A stretch of DNA of 64,000 bases from Octopus sinensis (lineage: Eukaryota), in the NCBI RefSeq assembly GCF_006345805.1, contig NC_043002.1, positions 69,378,001-69,442,000 on the forward strand, given 5' to 3'. Of the stretch, positions 11,539 to 24,920 are shown one piece after another (the first letter of the stretch is position 1; the number at the start of each line of letters is the position of its first letter). The position numbers and the translations under genes were made by a program. The notes beneath the pieces were generated by a model, which saw only the letters and a program-made list of their open reading frames with translations, did no database searches and was not told where the DNA came from.

Positions 11539-12079
11539 AACAACAAACAAGATGAGGACAAATATCTGTCAAATGTAAATAATGTAAATAATGTAGACAC
11601 CTATTACCATATTTCGTCCAATTCTAAGCATTAGCCTAATACATCTATAATATTACTTCCTAACTGATTGTTTAATTTGTTTGTATTGTACTGTTTTATT
11701 TACATCCTATGTAAGTCTATCATTAGTCTAATCCTTTTATATATGTTTATTTAACAATATATTATAGGATTTTTTATTTCATTAATGTATCTTTCCAAAC
11801 CAAATTTATTGCTAATTTACCTGCAGGATCTGTGCATTGTGTGTAACAAGGTCACCAATTGTTTGTCAGCTTAGGGTCATCTGCGTAATAGACATGATTG
11901 ATTGCCACTTGTGCCCGATCCCGTCTGATATTGCAAGTCACAGAAGATGAGCAACAGAAACATATTTTTAAAACTTGATACAAACAAGAAGCTGATCCCA
12001 CTAACACACACAGTCACAGCAGATAATAAACCAAGGGTTGTCGCTTCATAAACTTCTCCATTAATGTTACAAAATAAAC

Positions 12080-12600
12080 CGTCTTTCATTCTGACCAAAA
12101 AGAAAGAAGCCATAGTGGACCTGCCATCTATATCAACGAAGGTGTTACGTTCAAACTCAGTTTGTAATATAGTAACAGTACATACAAGACACCTAAGGCA
12201 GTTATATGTCCAATGTATCGCCAATTAGATGCCTGAGATCATGGCAGAAAACTCGAGTCTTAGGAATAGATAACGCATAAACCTAATTGGAACAATGTTG
12301 GTAACTTTAGCCTTTTCATTGTCAAATACTCACAGGAATACTTTCTCTTAGAGCTTTTACATCAGGATGGCAGAATTTCTGCTAAACCTTCCCAACATGC
12401 TGTTCATGAGACATATGGTCTTCTACCCATCCAGAGGAAACAATACGTTAGATCTCTTTTTGATAATGTTATGGAACGTATCAATGATGTGAAGATGATA
12501 CCCACAATCGCTCTGGCCATTACATTACCCCCCCCCAAAATGCATAGTCAAAATATAGACCAGCATCACACAAAAAGGACTCCAGATTTGCTCAACCTGC
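12080..12600 (+). mobile_element. Decayed LINE apurinic-type endonuclease remnant (CR1/L2-like)
   Basis: RSHSGPAIYINEG (~12104-12146) and HMVFYPSRGNNTLDLFL (12412-12462) resemble the GGVAIY and PTRG.N.LDL motifs of APE domains; frameshifted. Confidence 0.55.
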
Positions 12601-12717
12601 ATTTCTACAAATCTTATTGGAAACGAATAATGAAAGAGATAACCAGGATTCGCTGATCCGCATTTTCTTAAGCAGAACAACGATATAAAATTGAAGCTAT
12701 TTATATATATATTATAT

Positions 12718-12760
<43 letters not shown>

Positions 12761-13369
12761 TATATACTTTATTTAAAAAAAACATTTTTTTTTATTTTTA
12801 TTTTAACAAAAACTGTCCGACGAACGGGAACGTGAAACTCAGAGTAACAGGTTTTGTTGAATTTCTGCTGCTTTTAAATAAAGCATATTACTCTACCCCT
12901 GGTATTTGAGTACACTTTTTTCCACCTTGTTTCACATCTATGTGTTTACTCCGGTATATACATATATAATGCAAAATAATGCATTTAGCACGTCCCAAAG
13001 AAGTAGGCAAAATTCCATAAAATAATATACTAGGAACAGGAAAATTCCTATGGGACGGAAAAGAAAAAATTTAAATAGAAAAATCGTTGAAAGACAAAAG
13101 AACTATTTAACAATATCATTTAAAAGCAAATAAAAACAGAATAAAACGCTCTTATCAAATTGAGAACCGAAAAAGAAAGCAGGGCTGTAGAAAGCAAAAT
13201 CCAACGTTGTAGTTTTCTCCGGATTTGCAAAAAAAAACCAATTTCAGTGTTTAAAAAAATTGGGTCATTGCTTCAAAAGAAAGTGAACCATTTACTGCAG
13301 AACTAGAAATATAAGTGAAATATTAAATTCGTCATTGTTTTCACTATACCATTGGAAGGCATGTGGGCC

Positions 13370-13620
13370 GTGTGGTGGTTTAACACTGGTTATTTCAGAG
13401 GTAAAGGGTCAAGCTCATTACTATCTTTCAGGGCTGTTTGGAACTATTATACTAATAGAAGTGTGCCACAATCATCGGTTTCTATGTTTTAGCTTTGGAA
13501 TTCTTAATGTGAAAGTTGGATACATTGATGAATATTCTGCGGGAACTGAAACACAGGAAGGCGGTGTCTGCAGATGCGGAAGACGTTGCTATCATAATAC
13601 AGATATAACGACAAACAAAT
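13370..13620 (+). mobile_element. Decayed Tx1/L1-type reverse transcriptase core fragment
   Basis: One frame (13480-13600) reads FYVLALEFLM*KL...VSADAEDVAII, matching LYVLALEPL...VSAYADDV of Tx1 RT. Confidence 0.65.
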
Positions 13621-14092
13621 ACACCCTGGGTATAAGCTTGTATCAGGAAAATGCATTAACAAAGACAAATCGCGTGTGTGTGTGTGTAAGTGTGGGATGG
13701 AGGGTGGAAGTCTTTCAGCTCACCACTTACTGAGTTAATTCTATGACAAGCAGTGTTTTTCATAGAAGCGCTCTGGCTCCGGTTCCGGCTCGGTTTGGAT
13801 CTCCAGGTGAATCGATGCTAGGATGCTCATTATCATCTAGAAATGATCTGAGTGAATGCTACGTTTGCATAGTCGGGATTAAGTGGCGAATGTTTACATC
13901 ACTTTTGTAGTGTATTATTGCCTTGTTGTCATGTCTTGTCACTGTCAGAGTTTAATCAGAGTGGAACATTTGCTTTTGTGCTTTGGTCAGAAAGACTATT
14001 GACTGCCAACACCCATTCTAGAATTGAAGAGGGAAACCGTGGCTAATGATATTTAAGCTTATTGTAAGTTTATGGAATCAATATAGCTTCAT

Positions 14093-14277
14093 GGACGAGC
14101 TGGCAGAATCGCTAGCACGTCGGACAAAATGCTTAGCGGCATTCCATCCGTCTTTACATTCTGAGTTCAAATTCCGCCGAGGTCGACTTTGCTTTTTATC
14201 CTTTCCGGGTCAATAAAGTAAGTATCGACTCGCCCACTCCTCCGAAATTGCTGGCCTTCTCTCAAAATTTGAAATTT
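14093..14277 (+). mobile_element. SINE family A
   Basis: ggacgagctggcagaatcgctagcac...ctgagttcaaattccgccgaggtcgacttt. Confidence 0.8.
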
Positions 14278-14869
14278 AACATGGTCAGTCAACAGGGGTG
14301 ATTGTCGTTTGTGAGACATGCTTCCCCTATTCTCTTGTAAGTTAACAAAGTTCATGGGTAACATTTTCCATTATGGTGATCCAGTTAAACAGAATCAACT
14401 AAGATTTGTTTTGACGGTTCATTTTCTTTGACTTTGATTTTCATTCATAAAAAGGTACAAACCAAATACTTCCCTGCTCCACGAAAAGTATATATACTAC
14501 ATCCTTACAACAAAATTTTCTATCTTTAGCCGATGAGGCTGGTATATATAAAGTTACAACGTAAAAGTATCCACTGTGTTTTGCTATTCCTGTTCCCTAT
14601 CCAGAAATTAATTGAAAGTTTATTGATTGTCCTGGATATATTTTATTGCATCATAAATATTCTTTATTTTAGTAACAAAACTATCAGCGCGGCATGGTTA
14701 TTGATGAATATGGCGATGAAAATCAGATTTTTTTTAAAACATATGCTTCAGCTCTGGGACTCATAAGGCAAGTTATGCGGTTTCCATGGCGCATAACTAA
14801 CTGAGATCACAACATACCTCCTGAACGGGATACCAGTTCATTTGCAGGGTTCAATGGCAACAATTTTGA

Positions 14870-15020
14870 GGGGAGGGGACAAATTGATTATTTACTGTTT
14901 TATTACATCGAGAACGAAGGGATAAATGGTAAAGTTGAATTCGGCGGAATTTGAACTCAAACCGTAAAGAGCTGCAAAGCATTTTGTTCGACGTGCTAAC
15001 GATTCTGCCAGCCTGCCTCA
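14870..15020 (-). mobile_element. SINE family A, degraded
   Basis: gaattcggcggaatttgaactc...gctaacgattctgccagcc. Confidence 0.65.
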
Positions 15021-16291
15021 TTAAAAAAAATCGTATTCGATATTCTTAATGAACACGTATTCATATATTCATGTAATTGGGAAAATACTGCTTGTGGACA
15101 AACCACAGGGATTCCGCTTTGAAGAGAGACCAATATCCAGCCAGTTTCGTATTTATTTATACTCATTAAGGGATCACTTACTTCACCTCTGAACCGCTCA
15201 AATTAAGAGTAATATGTCTTTTAAAAAGAAAAACATGAAGAAACTATTACTGACGTAATAAAAATCTATTTTATGGCACAAGGTTGACGACCGATATTTA
15301 ATAAGGTTCATTAAATGTATCATTTATAATTTTTTGTAAACATTCATTTAATTAGGCATCGCATTGGTATTTTTGTTACTAAATCCTGGTCGTCGACCTT
15401 ATCCTATTTTATAAATTTCTATTTAAAGACAGAAATTGTTTGTTTTTGGTAAGAAGAGTTATTCTTTTAAAATTTTGAAAGTTCAGCGTAGAGTTAAACT
15501 ATCTCCGATGATTCGTAAGAGGGTCGAAACTAGTGGGACACTCCTCGCTCTTAGCTGCGCATGGTTCTGTTGTTTGTCAACTGTTTATTTCTTCACATTG
15601 CAACTGAATATATATTTATCAAACATGTATGTAATTTCTAGATCCACAGTTATCGTTATTTAATTCCATGATTTATGTAGTAAATGCTTAATGTAATAAT
15701 ACATAAGTACATGGTTTATGCTTAATTTTTTTCGGGATTTGTTCATTTTACACTCAACAGGTGGTGTGTGTGTGTGAATGTGTGGAGGGTGGTTTCAATA
15801 TTTTACAAGTATCATAAACAGACTGATGTATGTCGAGCAAAACAGTGACTTACACCCGATTCAGCGAGAGAGCTTCCATACCAATTTTCGACCTGCTCAA
15901 GAGAGCAACTAAATCTCTCCTAATAAACTCCATGTTTTAAAATCTAAATTTTTACATGGCTTTCTATAGATAAAATACGAAGTTAGCCGCTTTTATAACA
16001 CTAATAATCTCATATTTGCATAACATTTTTTTATATCGACATATTCTTTATATTATTTATTTTATATTTCTATTTTTTAAAAATATACTTAGAAAATATA
16101 TGATGTCCATAACACTTGTTAGCATTCATCGTTATTGCTGTTTAACCCCATATCAGCAGTGATGGAGCAGATCAGTGATGATAGGTATTCCAATCATGGC
16201 CATCTCATTTTTTGTATATCCAGGAGAGCATTGTTCAATGTAACCTTCCTGTTTCTTTCTTAATTTTTTTTAAGCCAACAAAGTGCAGTTT

Positions 16292-16347
<56 letters not shown>

Positions 16348-17029
16348 AAGAGAAAGAGAGAGGCTTGGCTGCTATTTCTAGAAGATCTTGCCGCTAAATA
16401 GATGCACTCCACCCATTTGCTCGCATCTTTTATTACGTCGACGTAGGAAGAGGAAATTCCAAAGAGTTGCCATCGTGGGTGGTGGGAAGAGGAAGGATTT
16501 AAGGAACTGTTTATTATTATGGGTTTGGGTGGAGAATTAAAAGATGACGTTGACTGTTGGGATTTAACCTCAGAAGGGAGGGGAAACGAGGTTAAACATT
16601 GTAAGACATTTAGTTCAATGCCCTTATGATTTCTATCAACGCCTACCTTATATTTACCATGATCCAATATTAACCTTAGTAAACTATGGTTAATATTTCA
16701 GAATTAGTTATATCCCCATTGGGGACACCTTGTTGTTGCTGTTGCAGTTCAGCCTTGATTGAACAGACTTGTTACTGAAGGTGTTCCAGCCGTGACGATC
16801 CAGTCTTTTATTCACATTTAGAGTGCGTGTTGTGTGGGAAATTTGGCTGTTATTTCTAGCAGGTCGAGTGCCCGCGTAAAAGCTCGTCGGTTCGTGATAG
16901 GGGATTACTAAGGAGAAAGAAAAAAAGGCGAAAAGCTTGGTGTCTTTAGAATTATTAAGGAACACTAAGTATCAAGAACAATTTAAGGCAGACAGTATAT
17001 CTGGGACAGAAAATAAAGATAATACGATG

Positions 17030-17285
17030 GCATTTGACGATGATGACGGCGATGGTAATGATGTTGGTGACGATGATGATGATGACGATGATGATGATGA
17101 TGATGATGATGAGGAGGAGGAGGAGTAATGACGGCGATGATGACGATGACGACGATGACAACGACATTGGTGAAGACGATGATGGCGGTGATGATGATCA
17201 TGATGATGAACAGATTTTGCTTCTGGTGATATTAGTGATGACTAACAAATGGGTTTAAGTATGTGTGTGTGTGTGTGTGTGTGTG

Positions 17286-17344
<59 letters not shown>

Positions 17345-17345
17345 T
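17030..17345. repeat. (GAT/GAC)n, (GT)n and (GA)n microsatellites
   Basis: Direct reading; source of several low-complexity ORFs. Confidence 0.9.
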
Positions 17346-18227
17346 GAGAGAGAGAGAACAGCGTCAGAGAGATATAGAGAGTAACTGAGGGAGAAAGAAG
17401 AGAAACCAGAAATAACTGCTCACACATTCGTACACTCGCATTCATATATTCACAGGGAAAGAAGAGAGGAAAAAAGGAGAGGAGGTAGAAAAGAAGATGA
17501 GTGGGGCGAGGCTTGAGAGGTAAGAAAGACAACGAGTTAAAGATAGATTTGATTAATTCGAAGAATATTGTTCCCAAAGAGCAAATATGGCTCTCTCTGG
17601 GGCTACCCGCACTGCTCCTTTGACAGTTATATAAATACATAAATAAACGACACAAAAAAAAAGAGCCCTATAAAGTTCAAAACGTGATGTTGAAACCATT
17701 TTGTCTTGAAGAATTATTTCATTGTGACAATTTAATTTTCTACCAATTCTTCGCCATTTTAAAAAAGAAATAAATAGAGAATTGGCAGCAAAAAAAAAAA
17801 AAAAAAAAGAAAACAAAACAAAAATAAACGACAAAAGACATCTACAATTTATAAAAAGTCGTCTGGAGGGAAAGCAAATAGGACGAGATTGCATTTTTAG
17901 TTTAACATCTTTGGAATGTAAACAGTTTCTTAACATAAGTTCGTGTATTTATGTCTATATTTATATTAAAAACTCGTTTATATTTATTTAAAAACCTATA
18001 TATACGTGATTTGCATGTATTTGTTTGTATACATGTGTGTGTATGCGCGTGTTTGTGTGTGTTTGCATGTGTGTATGTTTTTGAGTAGGTGTATATTATC
18101 TGCGGATGTGCGGATGTGCGGATGTGAGGACGTGTGGATGTATGTATGTGTGGTTGTGTCTACATATCTGGGTGTGTATGGTCATGTGAGTGTGTGTATG
18201 TGTGCGTGTGTGTGTGTGCGTGTGTGT

Positions 18228-18262
<35 letters not shown>

Positions 18263-19299
18263 CATAAGTATCTGTGTGTGAATATTCATAGCAATATGTG
18301 AAAAGGAAACTATTATAATGCGGAATAAAAAGCACTGACAGAAGACATATCAAATACGAGCTGGAATTTTGGTAGGTTGTTAGGGTATGAGAATTCCGGG
18401 GCATACTGACTGAGTTAAATCACACACACACACACACACTCACACATTTACACACGTTTAAGAGAACTGACCCATGTCACAGCCACCGTGCTATGCATAC
18501 ATATATACATACGCACACACTCACAAATATATTTAAACACAATACATATCAGTATGAATAATACATCGCTAGCTTCCATAGAAGCCACTTATCTCTGTTG
18601 TCAAAATGGCGTATGCAATGTCAGCTAAGTAACACTTACCACTCTTACTTAACAGCCATAAATGATATGAGGGACGCTAGAATAATTAGAATTTGGATTA
18701 TGGAGAGTTTCGTCAAGACAGGAAACTGAGAGGAAACGTTTAGTTTTTCTAGAGAATTCTCATGCCAGACGTATATTTATATTAACACACGCATATACAC
18801 ATATACACATATGCAGACCAACGCCCGCTCGCCCGCACACGCACACACACACACACCACACACACACACACACACATACATATACTATCTCATAAAGGTT
18901 CCGTGTGATGCAATCGCCACCAAGGTGAATGATCTTAGCATAGATTCCCTTACAGATTTATCAAGAGCTTTGCCATGAGCTAGTTTATTTACTGCTCTCT
19001 TTGTATCTCATCTCTTGAGGGTGCAATGTTCGTGGAAGGAACGATAAGTCTTTGTCCAAGAGTATGAGTTACCACACCAGCCACACCAAACTCACAGTTT
19101 AAAAGTTCAGAAAAGTGTTCATTCCAGTGATCGGCAGCCTCTGTTAATTTAGTGAAGAGAGTAGGGACGTTTTGAGCCTCACCATCATTTTTATAAAACT
19201 AGTTCTCTATCACAGTATGTAACAGAAGAAAATCCAGTGTTTCAGTAACGCATTCGAAGCTCCCTTCGTGTTGTCACATCTTCCTATGCTCGAATGACG

Positions 19300-20400
19300 A
19301 TTATCAAGAACCTACCTGACACAAGGATCGATTCAAGCGTCGATATATATTTTAAAATTTACCCTTTCCTTTTACACACCATCCACAACTTTACTCACAT
19401 TAAACAATGGTTCGTTCAACACTGAGCCTTAGAAGGGCCTGATATAACAGATATGTCAGATATCGTCTTTATGAATTATTACATAATCTAATAAGTTGCA
19501 AGCCTTAGATCTTAGCTTCATCCATGCTGTCCCATGCTCACCTTTGTGAGTAACGTGAGTACTGGCAGTGTAGACTCTATTATCAACAAAGTTCTAGGAG
19601 AGTGAAGCTGTTGGAATTTAACTTTTCCACACCTAAGCACCCGTTTGTCAATCCCGTTTCAACCCTGGAATTATAGCGTCTCAGTAAAACAATCTTGTCT
19701 GGCTTTGGAAGTTTCTAAGGACAGTTTTTAGTTGGACAAAGGGTGTGTTTTTCTTTTTATCAGAGTTGGTTAGAGTAGGAGCATAGATATTTACACGAAT
19801 AACCTATCGCCCACCTTTCTGTCGTAATCAGAATTACCAACCGCTTGTTTAACGGAACAGGAAGCTTTACCAATTCCTTAAGCATTTCAGAAATGTCTGC
19901 AAGATCAACACCAGCTTCCTTGCATTCTTCTCTCGATTTCTTATTTCAGAAAAACGTGTAAACATTTTCAACTTCATGAAGCTGATCATTACCTCAAAAT
20001 CGAATCTCTGTGAAAGATATCTTATTGCCTCATTTCTCGTGCAATAAGTGCAACACATCTTTCAGGCCTATATTCATTCCTTTTATGCAATAGCGCATGA
20101 AATAGTTTTGTTTTCCGTTTCTTTTCTTTCCAACGCCATATTTTGTTTTGAAAGAGGAAAGGAGACATTCATTAACCGTGCCAAAATACCAAACAGGGAA
20201 AGAAAGAAGGTTTATAAATCAGATTTTTCAGAATGTCTCTGGTTGAGCAATGATCTTCCATAATGGAGCTGCTCATACATACGTAGAGTAACGTATTCCC
20301 CTCGCTGTCTTAGAAGATAAGGAGAATACTTTATGACTAATACAGGTCGGTGACTGAGTACTTCCAGCCCGTTAGATCTGCATGCGTTCTTCATCGCCAC
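19300..20400 (-). mobile_element. Decayed RTE-clade LINE 5' region (APE endonuclease)
   Basis: Minus frames: ISFTEIRF*GNDQLHEVENVYTFF*NKKSREECKEAGV, LPVPLNKRL, NIYAPTLTNSD and TAWMKLRSKACNLLDYVII, which match RTE endonuclease motifs (ETR..GQL.E.G.GYTFFWSG..REAGV; AYAPTL; WMHPRSKHWHLIDYV). Confidence 0.75.
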
Positions 20401-21527
20401 AGAACTTTTAATAAAGAATGTGTGTGTGTGTATGTATGTATGTATGTATGTATGTATGTATGTATGTATGTATGTATGTATGTATCCATCCATCCATCCA
20501 TCCATCCATCCATACATACATACATACATACATACATACATACATACATACATACATACATACATACATACATACATACAAATAACGTCGACCAAACTGA
20601 CATGCAATGAAATATCGTCCAGAACATGGAACAAACTTTTAACTGACATGACCAAACATCATACAATTTAATGAAAAGTTACGTAACAGAACAAGTAATA
20701 AAATGTGACAAACATGTTGGTTTGTATAAATCTTTCAAAATTTTAAATAACAAATATGAAATGAAATGTCGCCCAGGATATATTTGACAATGTGTCATTT
20801 GGTCGACAGATATAACATAAAAACCCAGACTAAAATGGATTATGTTTTCCTTCTTCCTCTTGAGATAGGGTTAATATTTTCTTTAATCTTAATGGTTTCT
20901 AAATTTTCTGCTGACGTATCTGTTTAGATTAAGTTTCTTTACGTTTCTTTTCTTTTTATTTAAACATTAATTCTTTTTTGTAATTAATTTACTTCAGACT
21001 TTTCTAGTTTTCCTTTTATTATTATTAATATTATTATTGTTATTAAAGTTCTCTGGTTTGAATGCTATTATTGCCTTTGTTTTAAGTGTTGCAAGAAGAT
21101 GGAAGGTGGAGAAGAAGCTATTTCTCCCTTTTAATTTTTTTATCTAAAATAAACACGGCTATTGTTTCCATTTAGGGTTTAAAAAATTAGAAAAGCTTTT
21201 CTTTGCTGCTTCAAAAATCGGTAAGAAACATTTTTTGACAATACAATTCAATTTTAGACAAGACAAAAAATATAGATAAATATCATTTGAATTTTATTTT
21301 AGATGTGTACGCAGCAACCGTACAAAATTAATTGTTTCGGTCTAATTCTTGTTTCATGTTAGGTATATGTACAACCTTCAAGGTTCTTCACTAATCCTAT
21401 TTAAGTCCACTTTGGTGCTCGTTATTAATCGAATGATTAAAACGAAGTCTCTTGTCAGCGAGGACGTAACTTCTGTGCAGTAAGCTAATGAATTATCTTT
21501 TACTTTTGCAGCCGTCTGGCTCTTGTG

Positions 21528-21700
21528 AAGGCTCGTGGTCCAGTGGTTAGAGTGTTCTGCCCACGATCGTAATGTCGTTGGTTCAATTCCAGGACCGAGC
21601 AGCGCGTTGTGTCCTTGTGCAAGGCATTTCATTTAACATTACTCCAGTTAATTCAGCTGAAAATGAGTATCTGCTGATTGCTTATGTAGCTCTCTCTCTT
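21528..21700 (+). mobile_element. tRNA-derived CORE-like SINE (family C)
   Basis: gtggtccagtggttagagtg A-box, ggttcaattcc B-box, then tgtgtccttgtgcaaggcattt (CORE-like). Confidence 0.7.
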
Positions 21701-22289
21701 TCTCCACCTATCACATGCTCAATGTGCCATTGGCTCAAAGGGCTGGAGGCCTGAGAGGATGTCTGTCTCTGTTCAGGGCTACATTAGAACCTAAAACAAT
21801 TAGCGAAATTAGGTGCATGTTACCAAGCCACATTTATTCGCAGGTGGCAGCTGGCTGTTGATCTGGCTCCCCATGGTGGTGCATGGTGCTTTTACTTTGA
21901 CTATTTACAGCTAGGATTAATCTCGTTTACCGAGACAGAGCAGTACTGATGATGAGGTACAAAATGCCGATTCTCCGACCATCAGTCTAACACTTTATCA
22001 ATCTGGCCAGCTGGAACTTCTGCAAGACAATAGAAGATTGATGTAAGGCAACGGTTAACTAAAATATATAACATCCAAAGTCATTCTATTCAGTAATATG
22101 AAAGAAATTTATGTATCATCTTGAAAATAAAGGATAGTGATTTTGGCTCATTGAAAGGATATCGGTGGTGGGAGTGACTAGGTGAGATAACTGCTATTTT
22201 AAAGTTAGACGTCGGAGAGCAAAGTTGCAGGTAATGTCAGCGAACAACATGTTATTTCCGTTTCTTGAGCATATAATGGTTTTTGAATT

Positions 22290-22690
22290 GGTACAAGACA
22301 AGTAATCTTGAGGGCAGGGGTTAGTCGATTCCATCGATGCAAATACTTTATTTTATTGACCCCAGAAGGATGAAAGTCGAAGTTGATCTAAGGTTGATTT
22401 GAACTCAGAACATAAAATAACGGAAGAAACACCGCAAAACACTTTTTATGACACTGTACCGATTTCACCAATTCGTCACCGTCAACAATTTTTTATATTC
22501 AAGTAGAAAAACCGACAATTTTTAGGGACGGAATTAAACGATACCATCACTGCCAGTTTTATCGACCCTAGAAAAGAAGATTGGTGAAGTGGACCACGTC
22601 GGGATTTGGATTCAAAATATAAAGATCCGGAGCAAATACTGCGTTTTTTTCTCAAAGGCTCTAAATATTCTGTCAGCTTCAAGCCTTCAA
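22290..22690 (-). mobile_element. Two degraded SINE family A copies
   Basis: gtcgattccatcgat...gatttgaactcagaac and tttatcgaccctag...gggatttggattc. Confidence 0.55.
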
Positions 22691-23104
22691 TTCAGAATAA
22701 AATGCTAATATTATTTTAATTTATTTCTTATTTTTAGACAGCTGTCCTTTTCTCGCTGTGACGGAATGAAGTTCTGTGTTGTTACCGTATAATTTTCAAC
22801 AAAATCGCTCTGTAATCCTTCTATATTTGGTCGAGGCATTCCATTGTAGTTTGACGTTAATGAGACAACCAGTGCAATTTCCATGGCATCTTCTGAGAGA
22901 GAACAGTTCCATATCACAGGAACTGCATCTCGAGCCTTTTGTTTCTTTTAGAAATATTTTGCCTTGAAATATTTTTGTATTGTGTGAGTTAAGTTTGACG
23001 ATATCAGGATTTCAGGTAAAGCTAAGTTTTTCAGTTCTACTATTGCTACTGTTGCTATTGCTGCTAATGCCACCGCTGCTGCTGCTGCTACTACTACTAC
23101 TAGA

Positions 23105-23139
<35 letters not shown>

Positions 23140-23141
<2 letters not shown>

Positions 23142-23865
23142 AGTTCAAATTCCGCCGAGGTCGACTTTGCCTTTCATCCTTTCGGGGTCGATTAAATAAG
23201 TACCAGTTACGCACTGGGGTCGATATAATCGATTCAATCCGTTTGTCTGTCCTTGTTTGTCCTCTCTGTGTTTGGACCCTTGTGGGTGGAGGCGCAATGG
23301 CCCAGTGGTTAGGGCAGCGGACTCGCGGTCATAGGATCGCGGTTTCGATTCCCAGACCGGGCGTAGTGAGTGTTTATTGAGCGAAAACACCTAAAAGCTC
23401 CACGAGGCTCCGACAGGGGATAGTGGTGATCCCTGCTGTACTCTTTCACCACAACTTTCTTTCACCCTTACTTCCTGTTTCTGTTGTACGTGTATTTCAA
23501 GGGGCCGGCCTTGTCACTCTCTGTGTCACGCTGAATACCCTGAGAACTACGTTAAGGGTGCACGTGTCTGTGGAGTGCTCAGCCACTTACACGTTAATTT
23601 CACGAGCAGGCTGTTCCGTTGATTCGGATCAACGGGAACCCTCATCGTCGTAACCGACGGAGTGCTTCCATGGACCCTTGTGGGTAGTAAAGAAATAGGT
23701 ATTTCGACTGTCTTTACGTTCGGAGTTCAAATCCCGCCGCGGTTGGCTTTACGTTTCATCCTTTCGGGGCCGATAAATTAAGTACCAGTTGCGTACTGGG
23801 GTCGATCTAATCGACTGGCCTCTTCCCCACAAATTTCGAGCCTTGCGCCTAGAATAGAAAAAGCT
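23140..23865 (+). mobile_element. SINE family A dimer interrupted by a nested SINE
   Basis: Family A body on both sides of 23288-23670, continuous across the TSD. Confidence 0.8.
23288..23670 (+). mobile_element. Full-length tRNA-derived SINE inserted with a 15-bp TSD
   Basis: Head ggaggcgcaatggcccagtggttaggg...gtttcgattccc; TSD tggacccttgtgggt at 23273-23287 and 23671-23685. Confidence 0.88.
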
Positions 23866-23879
23866 ATTACAACACCACC

Positions 23880-24125
23880 GAGGGGCGACGATCTGGCCAA
23901 AATGCTTAGCGGCATTTCGTTCGTCTTAACATTCTGGGTTCAAATGCTGCCGGTATCGACTTTGTCTTTCTTCCTTTTGAAATCGAAGAAACAAGTATCA
24001 ACTGAGCATTGGGGTCGATTAAATCGACTAGCCCCCTCCCTTGAAACTACTACACCGTCTCCATTCAAATACTGGGGGTCGATGATGTTGACTAAACTCT
24101 TACCCTCGAACTGCTGTCCAAGTCA
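23880..24125 (+). mobile_element. SINE family A, degraded
   Basis: aaatgcttagcggcatttcg...ctgggttcaaatg...actgagcattggggtcgat. Confidence 0.65.
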
Positions 24126-24434
24126 TTCTACGTTACTTCAGTCGATTCAGAAGAAAATTAGTTGTTGTCGACTGTTGGTGCAGCCCGATTCTCTCCTGCA
24201 GCGACCACAGCGCTTGTGCTTTGTTTTCGCTGGGTCAAGGATAAGAGGGTTGAGAGGATTTCTGTGTCTGCTCGAGACTATGTGGGTACCTAAAACAATT
24301 AGCGAAAGCTTTATAAGTTACTAGATCATACTCGTTTGCAAGTGACGGCTATGGACACACCCACACACAAACACACACATGTACACACACACACACACAC
24401 GCTCACACACACACACACAGACACACACACACTC

Positions 24435-24472
<38 letters not shown>

Positions 24473-24521
24473 CATGTGTCTGTGTTTGTGCGTTGTGTAA
24501 GTGTCTATGTGTATAATGTAT

Positions 24522-24920
24522 ATTCTTTTATTCTTTTATTCTTTTACCTGTTTCAGTAATTTGACTGCGGCCATGCTGGAGCACCACCTTTAGTCGAACA
24601 AATCGACCCCAAGATTTATTTTTTGTAAGCCTAGTACTTATTCTATCGGTCAGTTTTGCCGAACTGTTTAGTTACGGGGACGTAAACACACCAACATCGA
24701 TTATCAAGCGATGGTGGTGGTGGTGGTGGGGGGGGGGGGGGCAAACGCACACACACATATATACGACGGGCTTCTTTTAGTTTCCATCTACCAAATCCAT
24801 TCACAAGGCTTTGGTCGGCTCGAGGCTATAGCAGAAGACAGCTGCCCAAGGTGCCACGCAGTGGGACTGAACGCGGAACCATGTGGCTGGTAAGCAAGCT
24901 ACATACCACACAGCCACTCC
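24522..24920 (-). mobile_element. tRNA/CORE-type SINE family B
   Basis: Reverse complement: ggagtggctgtgtgg...gttcagtcccactgcgtggcaccttgggca (CORE-like) ... aagtaaaaga tandem tail. Confidence 0.85.

Larger units (their letters stand above)
11001..11593. mobile_element. Foldback non-autonomous retroelement: central tRNA-like head, inverted arms each with a minimal hammerhead motif
   Basis: 12-bp TSD tagacacctatt (10989-11000, 11594-11605); ~150-bp inverted arms (11032-11181 / 11446-11595); mirrored microsatellites; 10-bp inner IR (11275-11284 / 11357-11366); A-box TGGCGTAGTGG 11298-11308 and B-box-like cttcgattcc 11343-11352. Confidence 0.85.
10290..11700 (-). mobile_element. Decayed R4/Dong-like LINE RT C-terminal region, interrupted by the 11001-11593 insertion
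   Basis: Minus frames give NRCLVVPVIIYSY, ELAKLD and GRYGNLLQIEN-YK, resembling AVPV..YSF..W..EL..LD.K.RK...GGRGL.Q.E; continuous across the TSD. Confidence 0.5.

Noticed and set aside
15280-15400. 13-bp imperfect inverted repeat (aaggttgacgacc / ggtcgtcgacctt) as a MITE
   Set aside because: Short, one mismatch, no TSD, and a single copy in the window.
19780-20400. Long minus frame interrupted mostly by TGA, suggesting a TGA=Trp code (organelle or bacterial insert)
   Set aside because: The peptide matches RTE endonuclease motifs; TGA stops are explained by TGG/CGA decay.
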